A stretch of DNA of 64,000 nt from Candidatus Omnitrophica bacterium UBA6253 (GCA_002441245.1 DJVP01000011.1:129722-193721), one strand, 5' to 3'; positions 9,883 to 21,875 are shown, numbered from the stretch's first letter. Notes: a model not told the origin generated them from the letters alone. Translations and numbers: made by a program.

Positions 9883-9933
9883 TAATTGTTTTGTATCTTA
9901 CGTATTTTTAGAGAGTTATATAAAGCGTCTACA
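9883..9933 (+). promoter_or_regulatory. Bipartite motif copy B (degenerate: TAATTGTTTTGTATC-N20-ATATAAAGCGTCTAC) upstream of the GT28 gene
   Basis: Weaker match with a 20-nt spacer. The ATG is 8 nt after GTCTAC. Confidence 0.4.
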
Positions 9934-9940
9934 TAAGAAG

Positions 9941-11032
9941 ATGAGGGCATTGATTACTTATGCTTCAGCAGGAGCCGGGCACCGCAGGGCAGCTGAGGCA
10001 ATATATGATTATTTAAAGGATAGCCGTAAGGATCTGAGGCTTGAGTTAGTTGATATCCTGTCTTTTGCCAGTTGTTCTTTCCGTTTTTCTTATAATTCCG
10101 GATATCCGTTCTTAGTGCACTATGCCATCTGGCTTTGGGGGTTATTTTTCTGGATGACTAAAGCCCGCCCATCCCGCTGGCTCAGCCGCAAAGGCGCTTT
10201 AATTATAAATTATCTAGGTTGCCGTAAATTCATTGCATATTTAGTCAAAGAAAAGTTTGATTATATTATTTCTACGCATTTTCTTAATTCAGAGCTGGCC
10301 GCAAATTTAAAACTTGAAAATAAAATTCAGGCAAAGCTGGTTACGGTAATTACGGATTTCGGGGTGCATCCATTTTGGGTTTCAGCCGGTACAGACCTTT
10401 ATGTTGTTGCCTCAGAATCAACCAGAGATATATTATTAGGCATGGGAATATCCGGGGAAAAGGCCCAGGCTTACGGTATTCCGATTAGTTCCAGTTTTGT
10501 TAAAACTCAAGACAGGGGGCAGTTGGCCGTAAAATTAGGCATAGATGGAAATAAGTTTACGGTTTTGGTTATGACCGGATCGTTTGGCTCAGGGCCGCTT
10601 GAGGAAATTGCAGAGGGCCTTTGCGGCCAGGCACAGGTGCTGGTAGTTTGCGCAAAAAATAAGAAACTTTTTAGCCGCCTGCAAAAGCGGAAACTGGAGA
10701 ATGTAAAAGTTTTCGGGTTTGTGGATAACGCGGAAGAATTAATGGCGGTTTCTGATGTTATAATTACCAAGCCCGGAGGCTCAAGCATCGCGGAGTTCCT
10801 GAGTATGGGTTTGTCCCCTATTTTTATATCCGCGATCCCGGGCCAGGAGCAGGAGAATATCAGAATCCTAGCCGGGTACGGAATAGGATGCGCCCCGAGG
10901 AATATTAAGCAAATCCAAGAGTTGATTGTTGAGTTAAAGAATGACCCTCAGAGACTCCAGGGTTTAAAGAAGAATGCCAATCAGGCAGCTAAGCCAGATG
11001 CCTGCCGGGAGATAGCCAGTGTTATATGCTAA
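9941..11032 (+). CDS. MGDG-synthase-like / GT28-family glycosyltransferase (diacylglycerol glycosyltransferase type)
   Basis: N-terminal ITYASAGAGHRRAAEAI (MGDG synthase domain) and a C-terminal GT28/MurG-like domain. Confidence 0.7.
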   Translation: MRALITYASAGAGHRRAAEAIYDYLKDSRKDLRLELVDILSFASCSFRFSYNSGYPFLVHYAIWLWGLFFWMTKARPSRWLSRKGALIINYLGCRKFIAYLVKEKFDYIISTHFLNSELAANLKLENKIQAKLVTVITDFGVHPFWVSAGTDLYVVASESTRDILLGMGISGEKAQAYGIPISSSFVKTQDRGQLAVKLGIDGNKFTVLVMTGSFGSGPLEEIAEGLCGQAQVLVVCAKNKKLFSRLQKRKLENVKVFGFVDNAEELMAVSDVIITKPGGSSIAEFLSMGLSPIFISAIPGQEQENIRILAGYGIGCAPRNIKQIQELIVELKNDPQRLQGLKKNANQAAKPDACREIASVIC

Positions 11033-12857
11033 GGTTGTATTAGGCCTGCCTATTGAAGGACCGTTTGACTATCTTGTCCCTCCAGGTTTAGAAAATAAAG
11101 TTTTTATCGGAATAAGGATTTGGGTAAATTTCCGCAATAAAAAAGAGGTTGCCTATGTAGTTGGTTTAAGCAGTAAAACAAAAATCAAGAAAATAAAAGA
11201 AGTGTCGGCGGTAATCGATGCAGCGGCTGTTTTGGATGAGAATATGCTGTTGTTGACCAGGATGTTAGCGGAGTATTATTGTTGTTCCTGGGGCGAGGCG
11301 ATTGAAGCTGCGCTGCCGGATGAATTGAGAAAAGGCAGGGAAACCGGGAACGGTTCTGTTTTTCAGGCACCTGAAAAAGAAAAAACAGAACCGTTCCCGG
11401 TTTTTGTTCAGGGCCAGGATAGGTTTCCAGTCTATTTGAGAGAAATCAAGGAGGCTTTGGCATCTGCTCGTTCGGCAATTGTTTTATTTACTGATATCTT
11501 GGAGGCAGAGAGGGCCAAAGAATTAATTGAAAAAAAATCAGATACAGAAGTTTTTCTGGCATTTCGCAAACAGCCAAAAGAATTAGAGGTATGGAAAAAG
11601 ATCAGCCAGGCGCAAAAATGTGTTGTAGTAGGCACACGTTCAAGTATTTTTTCTCCGGTAAATAACCTGGGTTTGATTATAGTTGACCAGGAGCAGGACC
11701 AGGTTTATAAACAGGAGCAGTCGCCGCATTATCAGGCCCGGCAGGTAGCGTTAATGCGCGCCCAGATTTGCGGATCAAAAGTTGTTTTTGGGGGGCTTGT
11801 CCCTTCTTTGGAAAGTTTTCATCTTGCCCAGGAAGGTAAATTTAAATTTGAAATTATCCCTTCAAAACAGGCATATCCGCAGGTGCAGGTTATTGACAAC
11901 CGGAGGCTTTCTTACGCGGACAGGAAAAATAAGCCCATATTTTCCAAATTCCTGGCGGATACGATTTACGCGACACTGGCTGAAAAAGGAAAGGTCCTGG
12001 TGTTTATTGAGCGTAAAGGTTTTGCTACCAGTGCAGCTTGCCATAATTGCGGGGCGGCTTTAAAATGCCCGCGCTGTAATATTAACCTGGTATTTCATTT
12101 TGATGAAGACAAATTAAAGTGCCATCATTGTAATTTTAAGATGGAGGTGCCTAGGATCTGCCCGAGCTGTAATGCCGGTTACATAAAATATTCCGGATTA
12201 GGCACGGAAAAAGTGGAGAGTGAATTAGCCAGGATTTTTCCGCAGGCGCGCGTAAAGATCCTTAATGAGGAAAATATAACCGGGACCAATTTGGCCGCAG
12301 ATATTTTTGTAGCGACCAGTTCGGTTATAAAGCATCAGGGTTTAAATTTCGATTTAATAGGGGTAATCGCAATAGATAATTCGCTCAACAGGGTGGATTT
12401 CAGGTCCGGCGAGAAGACATTTGCTTTACTTATGGGCCTGGCCAGCATTACCTCGAAGAAAATGATTATTCAAAGCGTTAATGCCAACCATCATTGTTTT
12501 CAGGCCCTGATCAAGAACGACCCGCAGATTTTTCTCAAAGAAGAATTAAAACAGCGTAAACAGTTGAACTTTGCTCCGTATAAACATATGATTTTGTTAA
12601 GACTAAGAGGGGCGAGGTTGGATAAAGTTAAGGATGCAGCTTGCGCTTTGTTTGAGAGGTTAAGCCGGATTAAAACCTCCAGCATAAAGATGCTTTCGCT
12701 TAATCCCGGGCAGCCGGCTAAATTACGCGGTAATTTTTATTACCAGATATTAATGCGCGCATCCAGCGCAGAGAAGGCGGGGAAGTTTCTAAGATTGCAC
12801 TTAAAAGAAGGCCATTTTTCGGGTATAATAGTGACTGTTGATGTTGACCCCGTATAG
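11019..12857 (+). CDS. priA: Primosomal protein N' (PriA) homolog with degenerate Walker A and DExH motifs
   Basis: N-terminal 3'-DNA-binding domain. Cys-rich zinc region CHNCGAALKCPRCN...CHHCNFKMEVPRICPSCN. The GxGKT position reads VQGQDRFP and DEEH reads DQEQ. Confidence 0.8.
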   Translation: MLYAKVVLGLPIEGPFDYLVPPGLENKVFIGIRIWVNFRNKKEVAYVVGLSSKTKIKKIKEVSAVIDAAAVLDENMLLLTRMLAEYYCCSWGEAIEAALPDELRKGRETGNGSVFQAPEKEKTEPFPVFVQGQDRFPVYLREIKEALASARSAIVLFTDILEAERAKELIEKKSDTEVFLAFRKQPKELEVWKKISQAQKCVVVGTRSSIFSPVNNLGLIIVDQEQDQVYKQEQSPHYQARQVALMRAQICGSKVVFGGLVPSLESFHLAQEGKFKFEIIPSKQAYPQVQVIDNRRLSYADRKNKPIFSKFLADTIYATLAEKGKVLVFIERKGFATSAACHNCGAALKCPRCNINLVFHFDEDKLKCHHCNFKMEVPRICPSCNAGYIKYSGLGTEKVESELARIFPQARVKILNEENITGTNLAADIFVATSSVIKHQGLNFDLIGVIAIDNSLNRVDFRSGEKTFALLMGLASITSKKMIIQSVNANHHCFQALIKNDPQIFLKEELKQRKQLNFAPYKHMILLRLRGARLDKVKDAACALFERLSRIKTSSIKMLSLNPGQPAKLRGNFYYQILMRASSAEKAGKFLRLHLKEGHFSGIIVTVDVDPV

Positions 12858-12871
12858 AGGAAGGTTTTTTT

Positions 12872-13819
12872 ATGAAAATTGTATTTTTTGGAAGCGCTCA
12901 TTTTGCGGTCCCGGCTCTTGAGGCTTTAATTAAGTCTAAGTATAAGCTGGTTTGCGTGGTTACCCAGCCGGATAAGAAAAGAGGCAGGCACTTGCATATT
13001 TCCGGGACAGATATTAAAAGTACCGCTGTTGCAGCAGGGCTTAAGATTTTTCAACCGGAGAATATTAAAAGCAAGGAGAGTGTGGATTTGCTAAAGGATT
13101 TAGATGCCGATCTCTTTGTGATTGTCGCTTATGGCCAGATTTTATCCCAGGAGGTACTGGATATCCCAAAAATCATGCCAATTAATATTCATGCTTCGCT
13201 CCTGCCGCGTTACCGAGGGGCGGCTCCAATTAACTGGGCTATAATTAACGCCGAGAAAAAGGCCGGCGTGAGTATTATGTATGTGAGCCTTAAAATGGAT
13301 TCGGGGCCGGTTATCCTGCAGAAGGAGCTAAAAATTGAAGATAGTGATACGGCGGTAACTCTTGAAGAAAAGCTGCGTTATCTGGGGGCGGAGTTGCTAA
13401 TGGATGCACTTGAGATAATTGATAACAGAAGTTATAGGTTGCTGGAACAGGATGAGGACAAGGTAATCCTGGCGCCGAAACTGAAAAAGGAAGATGGGTT
13501 AATTGACTGGGATGCGCCTGCCGCAGCTATCCATAACCAGGTAAGGGGGGTCTTGCCATGGCCAGGGGCATTCACGGGTTTTCGCGGCAGGCTGCTTAAG
13601 ATATTCGAAACGGATGTCTTAGCTGTATTCCCGAACCATAAGCCTGTACCCGGAGAGGTGCTCAAGGCGGATAAACATGGTATTATCGTAGCTTGCGGCA
13701 GGGGTTTCTTAAGTCTGAAAGAATTGCAGTTAGAGGCGGGGAGGCGTATGCCTGCGCAAAATTTTATCATAGGGCATGAGCTGCAGGCAGGCGAGATCTT
13801 AGGTAAATTTAATCTATGA
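12872..13819 (+). CDS. fmt: Methionyl-tRNA formyltransferase
   Basis: MKIVFFGSAHFAVPALEAL N-terminus, HASLLPRYRGAAPI motif, C-terminal domain. 315 aa. Confidence 0.9.
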   Translation: MKIVFFGSAHFAVPALEALIKSKYKLVCVVTQPDKKRGRHLHISGTDIKSTAVAAGLKIFQPENIKSKESVDLLKDLDADLFVIVAYGQILSQEVLDIPKIMPINIHASLLPRYRGAAPINWAIINAEKKAGVSIMYVSLKMDSGPVILQKELKIEDSDTAVTLEEKLRYLGAELLMDALEIIDNRSYRLLEQDEDKVILAPKLKKEDGLIDWDAPAAAIHNQVRGVLPWPGAFTGFRGRLLKIFETDVLAVFPNHKPVPGEVLKADKHGIIVACGRGFLSLKELQLEAGRRMPAQNFIIGHELQAGEILGKFNL

Positions 13820-15060
13820 ATAAGAGAACATCATTTCCTCTTATGGTAATGGTTATTTGTTTTATAACCGGTAATCTTATAGGCGCCGGAATTCTCGGCC
13901 TACCCATCAAGACGGGAATGGCTGGTTTATTGCCTTCATTGGCAGGGATACTTGTAATAAGCTGCGCTATGTTTATTACTGCCTTCATACTGGCAAAAGA
14001 GTCAACGGCTACCCATCAGGAGGTATTTCATTACCCGAGCATGTATCAAAAGTATTTTGGCTCTATCGGTAAGTGGGGAGCTACTATTGCTAACCTGATT
14101 ATTCTTTATGGTTCGCTTTTGGTGTATATTACCGGGGCCACTGCAATTATCATCAGGTTCGCAAATATCCATATTTCCAGAGAATTGATTATATTGTTGT
14201 TTTTTCTGCCTGTGACAGCAATTACCATAGCCAAGCCCAAGTCTCTTCTCAGGTGTAATGCTTTATTTGTCGGGTTATTATTAATTTCTTTTGTTGTTAT
14301 TGTGGCAATGGGGGAGAAGCATGTAGACCCGCAGCGTTATTGGCGTATGGATTGGACGATGTTGCCGGCTGCCTTACCTATTATTATAATGGCAGCGAAT
14401 TTCCATAATATTATCCCTACTGTTTGTAAACAGCTGGACTGGAATTTTAAGAAGATATTAATAGCTATATTTTCCGGCACTGTTATCGGTTTTATTATGA
14501 ATGGGTTATGGGTCCAGGTGGGCATCGGGGTATTGCCATTTTCGGGCAGCAATGGCATTGTCCATGCTTTAGATAATAATTTACCGGCTACCCTGCCTTT
14601 GGCCCAGGCGATAAAAACTCCTTTTTTTGTTCCTGTCTCGGTTATCTTTTCCCTCCTAGCCATTATTACTTCATATATATCTTTTGGCAATACTACGATA
14701 GAATTTGTTGATGACCTGATGATAAATCATTTCAAGATAAGAAATAAGGCATTGACTATAGCGGCTGCTTTTATCCCGCCGCTTGTTGTTGCCATTGTTT
14801 ACCCGAATATATTTCTTTGTGCACTTGATTTTGTAGGGGGGATAGGGGTTGTAATACTTTTTGGTATTTTCCCCTGTGTAATAGGCTTGAAGCTAAAAGG
14901 GCCATTATTCAGGCGCCTGGTATTTTTTATTCCGGTATTTATTTTATTCACTGCAATCCTGTTGTTTAAAGTCCAGCAGGAACTGGGGATGTCCCGGATT
15001 AAGCCGAGAGTAGAGTATTGGACAAATTTCAGGTTTTTTTCTTACCATAACCATAAATAA
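13816..15060 (+). CDS. Aromatic amino-acid (Trp/Tyr) permease-family transporter
   Basis: About 11 TM helices. N-terminal GNLIGAGILGLP motif of the TnaB/Mtr/TyrP family. Confidence 0.6.
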   Translation: MNKRTSFPLMVMVICFITGNLIGAGILGLPIKTGMAGLLPSLAGILVISCAMFITAFILAKESTATHQEVFHYPSMYQKYFGSIGKWGATIANLIILYGSLLVYITGATAIIIRFANIHISRELIILLFFLPVTAITIAKPKSLLRCNALFVGLLLISFVVIVAMGEKHVDPQRYWRMDWTMLPAALPIIIMAANFHNIIPTVCKQLDWNFKKILIAIFSGTVIGFIMNGLWVQVGIGVLPFSGSNGIVHALDNNLPATLPLAQAIKTPFFVPVSVIFSLLAIITSYISFGNTTIEFVDDLMINHFKIRNKALTIAAAFIPPLVVAIVYPNIFLCALDFVGGIGVVILFGIFPCVIGLKLKGPLFRRLVFFIPVFILFTAILLFKVQQELGMSRIKPRVEYWTNFRFFSYHNHK

Positions 15061-15101
15061 AAGAGGCAGCTTGAGACTGGTTTATTTTGTAAGATGTAAG
15101 A

Positions 15102-16157
15102 ATGCGAGGGTTAAAAACTATGGATGATTATTTGCTCTCCGGAGTCCTGATAGTTTCCAGTTTTGTTTTGGGGTGGATACTATATTTATTTGTTTCACTT
15201 TTGCTTAAACGGCAAAATTGTTTTTTCTCTAAAGAGGTTAAGGTTGATTTGGGGCTTCTTAGGCCTCCATTGCGTTTTCTGATACCTTCTGTATGTGTAT
15301 TAACGGTTATCCCCCTGTTGCATTTTCCGGAAAAGGTGCGTTTATTTACCGGCAACTTTATACATATTCTGCTTATTGTTTTATCCGGCTGGTCCGCCGT
15401 AAAGATTGCCTATATTGTGCGCGATGCGTTTTTGAACCGTTATGATATTAATATACGGGATAACGTGCGTGCCCGCAGCGTGCATACCCAGATGCGCGTG
15501 ATTACAAATATTGTAGTTGTAGTTATAATTTTCTTAACGGTTTCTTTTATATTGATGAATTTTGCAGCAGTCAGGCATATAGGGGTAAGCCTGCTGGCTT
15601 CAGCAGGGGTCTTGGGAATAGTCATAGGTTTTGCCGCGCAAAAAACACTAGGAAACTTTATTGCCGGCATCCAGATAGCTATTGCCCAGCCTATCCGGCT
15701 GGATGATGTGGTTATCATTGAAGGTGAATGGGGCTGGATCGAGGAGATTGCCCTTACTTTTGTAGTGGTGCGTATCTGGGACTTAAGGCGCATGGTAGTG
15801 CCGATATCGTATTTTCTCGAGAAACCATTTCAGAACTGGACGCGCACCTCGGCAGACCTTCTGGGGACTGTTTTTATCTATTGTGATTATACTGTGCCTG
15901 TCGGCCAGGTCCGCGATGAATTAACGCGCATCCTGGAAAACAGCACTAAATGGGATAAGAAGGTAAATGTACTGCAGGTTACCGATGCAACTGATAAAAC
16001 AATTGAGCTGCGGGCATTGATGAGCGCGGCGGATTCTCCTACTGCCTGGGACCTGCGCTGTGAAGTCAGAGAAAAGCTTCTGGAGTTTTTGCAGCGGCGT
16101 TTTCCGGAATGTTTACCGCGGGTACGTATTGAAACAAACGGGGCAGGTCCGCAATAA
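15102..16157 (+). CDS. Mechanosensitive ion channel (MscS family); alternative in-frame start at 15120
   Basis: N-terminal TM helices, then the MscS signature LGNFIAGIQIAIAQPIRLDDVVII and a C-terminal beta domain. Confidence 0.8.
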   Translation: MRGLKTMDDYLLSGVLIVSSFVLGWILYLFVSLLLKRQNCFFSKEVKVDLGLLRPPLRFLIPSVCVLTVIPLLHFPEKVRLFTGNFIHILLIVLSGWSAVKIAYIVRDAFLNRYDINIRDNVRARSVHTQMRVITNIVVVVIIFLTVSFILMNFAAVRHIGVSLLASAGVLGIVIGFAAQKTLGNFIAGIQIAIAQPIRLDDVVIIEGEWGWIEEIALTFVVVRIWDLRRMVVPISYFLEKPFQNWTRTSADLLGTVFIYCDYTVPVGQVRDELTRILENSTKWDKKVNVLQVTDATDKTIELRALMSAADSPTAWDLRCEVREKLLEFLQRRFPECLPRVRIETNGAGPQ

Positions 16158-16200
16158 CGGCCATTATAAATTTATTGCAACCTATGTTCTTTAATTTAGA

Positions 16201-16228
16201 TTGAAAATTAAAGAAGTTCTGCTATAAT
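16201..16228 (+). promoter_or_regulatory. Sigma70-type promoter TTGAAA-N16-TATAAT ending 8 nt before the ATG of GalT-like copy 1
   Basis: TTGAAA at 16201-16206, TATAAT at 16223-16228, ATG at 16237. No Shine-Dalgarno sequence. Confidence 0.65.
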
Positions 16229-16236
16229 TAATTTCT

Positions 16237-17259
16237 ATGCCAGAATTAAGAAAAGATCCGATTATAGGTAGATGGGTAATTATCGCCACTGAGCGCGCCC
16301 GGCGGCCTGACCAGTTTGCGGGCCATAAAGAACAGGATGATCAGGGCGCTTGCCCATTCTGTGAGGGCAAGGAATCCAATACTCCGCCTGAAATTTACGC
16401 TATGCGTCCGCGAAATTCTACGCGCAACGGGCCGGGTTGGGATTTACGGGTCGTCCCCAGTATTGCGCCTTTCTTAAGGGTTGAGGGTGATCTGGACCGG
16501 CGCGGAAACGGTATATATGACGTAATGAACGGTTTAGGCGCGCATGAGATTGTGATTGAAACCAACCAGCATGTTGCCAACATGGCGGATTTAAGCGAAG
16601 AGCAGATTGCCAATGTGCTCAATTGTTATTCCGATAGGATAATTGACCTGGAAAAGGATAGTCGGCTTAAATATGTTTTAGTATTTAAAAATTACGGTAA
16701 AGGTTCCGGCGGCGGCGGTATCAGGCATTCCCGCTCGCAGTTAATTGCTACTCCAGTTAATCCTAAACGCGTAAAAGAAGAGCTTGCCGGTGCGCGTAAA
16801 TATTATGAATATCATGAGCGGTGCGTGTTTTGCGATTTGATTAAGCAGGAGCTGGCACAGAAAGAACGCGTAATTGCTGAATTCGATGGTTTTGTAGCGG
16901 TAGCCCCGTTTGCCGCGCGATTTCCTTTTGAGACCTGGATTTTACCAAAAAAACATTGTTGCGATTATACCTGTATGGACACAGAGTCCAGGAGGCATTT
17001 GGCGCATGTACTTAAAAACGTGCTTTTGAAATTAAAAATCGGCTTAAACGACCCGGATTATAATTATATAATCCACACCGCGCCATTCCGCAGGCAAAAA
17101 ACAGGCTATTGGAAGACTATTGACCATGATTATCATTGGCATATCGAGATCATGCCGCGTTTGACTAAAGTAGCAGGTTTTGAATGGGGCACGGGTTTTT
17201 ATATCTGCCCGCTTCCGCCTGAAGATACAGCTAAGTTTTTAAGAGAGGTAGTAATTTAA
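16237..17259 (+). CDS. Galactose-1-phosphate uridylyltransferase-like (GalT/HIT-family nucleotidyltransferase), copy 1; canonical HPH nucleophile site reads H-S-R
   Basis: CPFCEG zinc knuckle and a two-half GalT architecture. The active-site region is IRHSRSQL instead of HPHxQ. Canonical TTGAAA-N16-TATAAT promoter ends 8 nt before the ATG. Confidence 0.75.
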   Translation: MPELRKDPIIGRWVIIATERARRPDQFAGHKEQDDQGACPFCEGKESNTPPEIYAMRPRNSTRNGPGWDLRVVPSIAPFLRVEGDLDRRGNGIYDVMNGLGAHEIVIETNQHVANMADLSEEQIANVLNCYSDRIIDLEKDSRLKYVLVFKNYGKGSGGGGIRHSRSQLIATPVNPKRVKEELAGARKYYEYHERCVFCDLIKQELAQKERVIAEFDGFVAVAPFAARFPFETWILPKKHCCDYTCMDTESRRHLAHVLKNVLLKLKIGLNDPDYNYIIHTAPFRRQKTGYWKTIDHDYHWHIEIMPRLTKVAGFEWGTGFYICPLPPEDTAKFLREVVI

Positions 17260-17260
17260 T

Positions 17261-19379
<2,119 letters not shown>

Positions 19380-19396
19380 TAAGCAAACTTGTTAAG

Positions 19397-19446
19397 TATT
19401 TGTTTTGTATCTTTTTGAGTTTGAGATAGTTACATAGACTGTCTAC
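19397..19446 (+). promoter_or_regulatory. Bipartite motif copy C (TATTTGTTTTGTATC-N19-TACATAGACTGTCTAC) upstream of pgk
   Basis: Exact half-site matches with a 19-nt spacer. Sits between gap and pgk. Confidence 0.6.
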
Positions 19447-19467
19447 TGTATTGGATTGGGAGATGAA

Positions 19468-20649
19468 ATGGCAAAGCTGACATTAAAGGATGTGGATTTA
19501 AAGAATAAGATTGTGTTGGTGCGCGCGGATTTTAATGTGCCGCAGGATGCCAGCCTAAATATTACCGATGATACGCGTATACGGGCAACCATGCCTACCT
19601 TAAAATATATTTTGGAGAATGGTGCCAAGAAAATAGTGTTGATGAGCCATTTGGGCAGGCCGGATGGAAAGCCGGTCGCTAAATACAGCCTTAAGCCGGT
19701 AGCTGTGCGTTTAAAAGAATTATTAGGCCAGGATGTGTTGTTTTTGAATGATTGCGTAGGTGGAAGTATTAAACAGGATATTGATAATTCAAAAGAAAAA
19801 ATAGTTTTGCTTGAGAATTTACGGTTTCACTCCGAGGAAGAAGGCAATGACGCTAATTTTTCCAAACAGCTTGCCTCTTTAGCCGATATATTTGTTAATG
19901 ATGCTTTTGGCACGGCGCACCGCGCTCATGCCTCAACGGAGGGGGTAACTCATTTTTTAAAATCCTGCGCAGGGCTGCTTTTAGAGAAAGAGATTAAATA
20001 TTTGGGGGATGCAGTTAAAGAGGCACAGAAGCCGTTTGTGGTCATTTTAGGCGGTGCCAAGGTCTCGGATAAGATCGGGGTAATTGAGAATCTTCTGCCT
20101 AAGTGCGATGCGATTATTGTAGGCGGCGGGATGGCATATACTTTTTTAAAAGCGCAAGGAAGGCAGATTGGTAATTCCAAGCTGGAAAAAGAAAAGTTAG
20201 ATTTAGCAAAGTCAATTTTAGATAAGGCCAGTCAATCAGGTAAAGAGATCTTATTGCCTGTCGATAATGTAATAGTTGATTCTATTGATGCTAATGCCAA
20301 AACTGAAATTGTGGGCGAAAATATACCCGACGGCAAGATTGCCGTGGATATTGGGCCGGAGACGATTAAATTATTTGAAGGGAAATTGAAATCCGCTAAA
20401 ACAATTGTCTGGAACGGGCCGATGGGGATATTTGAGATGGATGCTTTCAGCAAGGGGACAAAGGCCCTGGCTGATTTTATTGCCGGCTTAGAATGCATTT
20501 CAATTATCGGCGGAGGGGATACTGCCGCCTCGATTGCTAAATTCAAATTAGAGGATAAGATGTCGCATATTTCAACTGGAGGAGGGGCAAGCCTGGAGTT
20601 TTTAGAGGGAAAGAATTTGCCAGGGATCGCCGCACTTACGGACAAATGA
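19468..20649 (+). CDS. pgk: Phosphoglycerate kinase
   Basis: VRADFNVP N-terminal motif and a PGK hinge/C-terminal domain. GGGAG RBS 5 nt before the ATG at 19468. Confidence 0.95.
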   Translation: MAKLTLKDVDLKNKIVLVRADFNVPQDASLNITDDTRIRATMPTLKYILENGAKKIVLMSHLGRPDGKPVAKYSLKPVAVRLKELLGQDVLFLNDCVGGSIKQDIDNSKEKIVLLENLRFHSEEEGNDANFSKQLASLADIFVNDAFGTAHRAHASTEGVTHFLKSCAGLLLEKEIKYLGDAVKEAQKPFVVILGGAKVSDKIGVIENLLPKCDAIIVGGGMAYTFLKAQGRQIGNSKLEKEKLDLAKSILDKASQSGKEILLPVDNVIVDSIDANAKTEIVGENIPDGKIAVDIGPETIKLFEGKLKSAKTIVWNGPMGIFEMDAFSKGTKALADFIAGLECISIIGGGDTAASIAKFKLEDKMSHISTGGGASLEFLEGKNLPGIAALTDK

Positions 20650-21419
20650 GAAAAACAATTATTGCCGGAAACTGGAAGATGTTCAAGACGATAAAGGAGG
20701 CTATCGAACTGGCCAATGGATTAAAGCGTGAGTTTTTTAAGTTAGACTTTGCGGCAGTGGATGTAGTATTGTGCCCGGCATTTACCGCTTTAAGCGAGGT
20801 AGCTGAAGTTTTAACTGAAACAGGCATTGGTTTAGGCGCACAGGATGTTTATTGGCTTGATGAAGGGGCTTTTACCGGAGAGGTTTCTCCTGTTATGTTA
20901 AAAGACGCAGGGTGCCAGTATGTGATTATCGGCCATTCTGAACGCAGGCAGTATTTTGGCGAAAGCAATGAAACCGTAAATAAAAAAATCAAGGCTGCAC
21001 TAAAGTATGGGCTTACTCCTATTATTTGCGTGGGCGAGAATTTACAGGAAAGAGAAGGTAATAAGACATTTCAGGTAATCGAAGACCATGTTAATAATGG
21101 CTTAGCGGATATAAGCGGTTCTGATATATTAAAATCTGTCATTGCTTATGAGCCGGTTTGGGCAATTGGTACAGGTAAAACTGCTACTCCGGACCAGGCG
21201 CAGGAGGTACATAAGTTTATCCGCGATTTATTGAAGAAAAAATACGGACAGGAAGTGGCCGATAGCCTCAGGATCCAATATGGTGGAAGCGTTAAACCTG
21301 AAAATATTACCGAGTTAATGAATAAGCCTGATGTAGACGGCGCCCTGGTGGGAGGAGCAAGTCTGAAGGTGGATTCTTTTAGCACAATAGCTATTAAAGC
21401 AAGCGAGGTTTTGAAATGA
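20646..21419 (+). CDS. tpiA: Triosephosphate isomerase
   Basis: AGNWKM N-terminus, IIGHSERR and AYEPVWAIGTG catalytic motifs. Confidence 0.95.
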   Translation: MRKTIIAGNWKMFKTIKEAIELANGLKREFFKLDFAAVDVVLCPAFTALSEVAEVLTETGIGLGAQDVYWLDEGAFTGEVSPVMLKDAGCQYVIIGHSERRQYFGESNETVNKKIKAALKYGLTPIICVGENLQEREGNKTFQVIEDHVNNGLADISGSDILKSVIAYEPVWAIGTGKTATPDQAQEVHKFIRDLLKKKYGQEVADSLRIQYGGSVKPENITELMNKPDVDGALVGGASLKVDSFSTIAIKASEVLK

Positions 21420-21826
21420 TGACGTTTATAATTATAGTCCATGTGATTGCCTGTGTAGTTTTGATTGTTTTGGTCCTGATCCAGCGTGGAAGAGGGGCGG
21501 GGTTGGTGGAGAGTTTTGCCGGGGTTGAGTCGATGTTCGGCACAAAGACCAGCGCCTTCCTTACCCGTACGACTACAATTATGTCGGTAGTTTTCTTTCT
21601 GACTTGTTTGAGCCTGGCGGTATTATCCGTTAAACAAAGTAAGTCTTTGATGCGTAATACTAAGGTTCCGGCAAAGGCAGCGGCAGCAAAAACTGAAGCT
21701 GTTAAAACAGGGGCTATGAAGGTAGAACCGGCAAAGGCTGAGGCACCGAAAGCAGCAAAAACCGAAGCGGTTAAGGCTCCGGAGCCGGTAGGTAAAATTA
21801 AACCGGAGGCAGGAAAAGCTGAGTAA
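21416..21826 (+). CDS. secG: Preprotein translocase subunit SecG with a low-complexity Ala/Lys/Pro/Glu-rich C-terminal extension
   Basis: N-terminal VLIVLVLIQRGRGAGL SecG signature and a second TM helix. The roughly 60-aa C-terminal tail has AKAxAxK-like repeats. Confidence 0.8.
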   Translation: MMTFIIIVHVIACVVLIVLVLIQRGRGAGLVESFAGVESMFGTKTSAFLTRTTTIMSVVFFLTCLSLAVLSVKQSKSLMRNTKVPAKAAAAKTEAVKTGAMKVEPAKAEAPKAAKTEAVKAPEPVGKIKPEAGKAE

Positions 21827-21875
21827 TAAGGTTAACTTGTTGATATCCTCGCAGCCAGAAACATTTTAAGTTTGT

